Assembly (NCBI GenBank): GCA_963796285.1
Contig: CAWCKW010000013.1
Span: 96,001-160,000 of the forward strand
DNA: 64,000 nucleotides
Reading direction: 5' to 3'
Origin: Nitrospirota bacterium
GTDB lineage: Bacteria; Nitrospirota; UBA9217
The notes below the pieces were generated by a model. It was not told the DNA's origin and did no database searches. It saw only the letters and a list, made by a program, of their open reading frames with translations. Shown here piece after piece: positions 63,033 through 64,000 of the stretch (positions are counted from its first letter, which is position 1; every line of letters starts with the position of its first letter). The translations under genes and the position numbers were made by a program.

Positions 63033-64000
63033 CTAATGCGTCTTTAAAACATGAAATAGGCTGCAAAATACCTGGGCCGCTCTGCCTGGACTTTGCGTGA
63101 AATGTGATGTATTGACTGTTGAATTCTCAGTGTGCGAGATGGTCGCCGGATGCTCTTCGTTTAAGGCCACAGAGTCGTTATCTCTTGAGTACGTGCGGGA
63201 ATCAACCAACTTTTTTTGATGGTAGAAAACCTTGTATTTAACGCCAAGTGATAGAGCCAGCACTCCCAAGATCGCTTCGCCTATAAAATACATGACGCGG
63301 GTCAGGATCGGAAAAAAGCAACGCTGTCTGGGTGCTCACGACATTGTTCAACATCCCCAGCACTATCCCCTCGCGGATACCCAGTCCGCCGGGCGAAATT
63401 ACGGCAAAATAGCCGACTAGCCACTGACAGTGACATGGAAAAAAAAAGGGCAAAGATACCCGCAGGGAGGATGGGCAGTCCTATTCCTTTTGCCAAAAAA
63501 TAACCACTGAAACCAGTAAGGAGCCAGCTGCACATATAGATAAACTGAATAAAAAAGGAGCAATGAACCGGAATTACTCAAAGGCCGGATATCTTTTTTG
63601 TAAAGTTTATTTAGGAACGCAATCAGTTTATTCATCAGTGCAGCATTCCATATAACATATACCGTGTTGAACAGTATCAATAAGATGAATGAGAGAACAA
63701 TCGCCTTCACACCCATCACGTCAGTATACAAAGCCATATACATAAGGCCAAGGTAAAAGGACACAAGGACCGAGCCCAAAATGCAAATCAAATTAACGTA
63801 AAGCACGATAGATGTAGAGATGCCATATTTCTTCAGCCATATTAATTGCGCCGTATATGTCCATACCCGGCCGGGCAAATATCTTAACAAGCCGCTCGCA
63901 TTCACCACGGCGATACTTTGAAAAAAGTTAAGTTGACGTCTGCCAAGGTGCTTATTAATGCAGACTTTCCAGATAAAGGTTTCAAAAAAGCACGCAATAA
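63033..64000 (-). CDS. UPF0104/LPG-synthase-TM flippase-like protein (frameshifted, 5' partial)
   Basis: RYLPGRVW, PGGLGIREG, multiple TM helices across ORFs 63417..63908, 63238..63535 and 63033..63293. Confidence 0.75.

Overview
Bacterial chromosomal window, probably Nitrospirota (inferred from 16S motifs and gene style; needs a classifier). In order: the 5' part of an rRNA operon on the minus strand (16S, tRNA-Ile, tRNA-Ala, start of 23S); tyrS, a short cbiX, an unannotated 21-aa Cys/Lys peptide and ribF; a plus-strand scpA / HEAT-repeat / scpB / MinD-like ATPase / J-like-HTH operon; a sigma54-type ytkA-like + cusCBA metal-efflux operon; a secreted repeat protein, cpoB, pal, a nitroreductase and ywiC. 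Next is an 18.6-kb complex I (nuo) operon. Between nuoD and nuoG it carries a DRTGG / CBS-RsbT kinase / DRTGG / PHP / HATPase regulatory cassette and a HydC/HydD/HydB-like (electron-bifurcating-type) input module, with no hydrogenase. The right end is a Tad/Flp pilus locus flanked by three GT-C-type membrane proteins, a polyprenol-phosphate GT2, a flippase-like protein, a TonB-anchored Pro-rich Ig-domain protein and an MshEN-fused AAA ATPase. Frameshifts are common, mostly after ~42 kb but also in nuoD and nuoM, and look like long-read consensus indels. Best novel-system candidates: a phosphorylation/energy-charge-regulated, possibly bifurcating complex I; a HEAT-repeat gene between kleisin scpA and KITE scpB; a Tad pilus with glycosylation and c-di-GMP-ATPase accessories. 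All calls come from reading motifs by eye; no searches were run.
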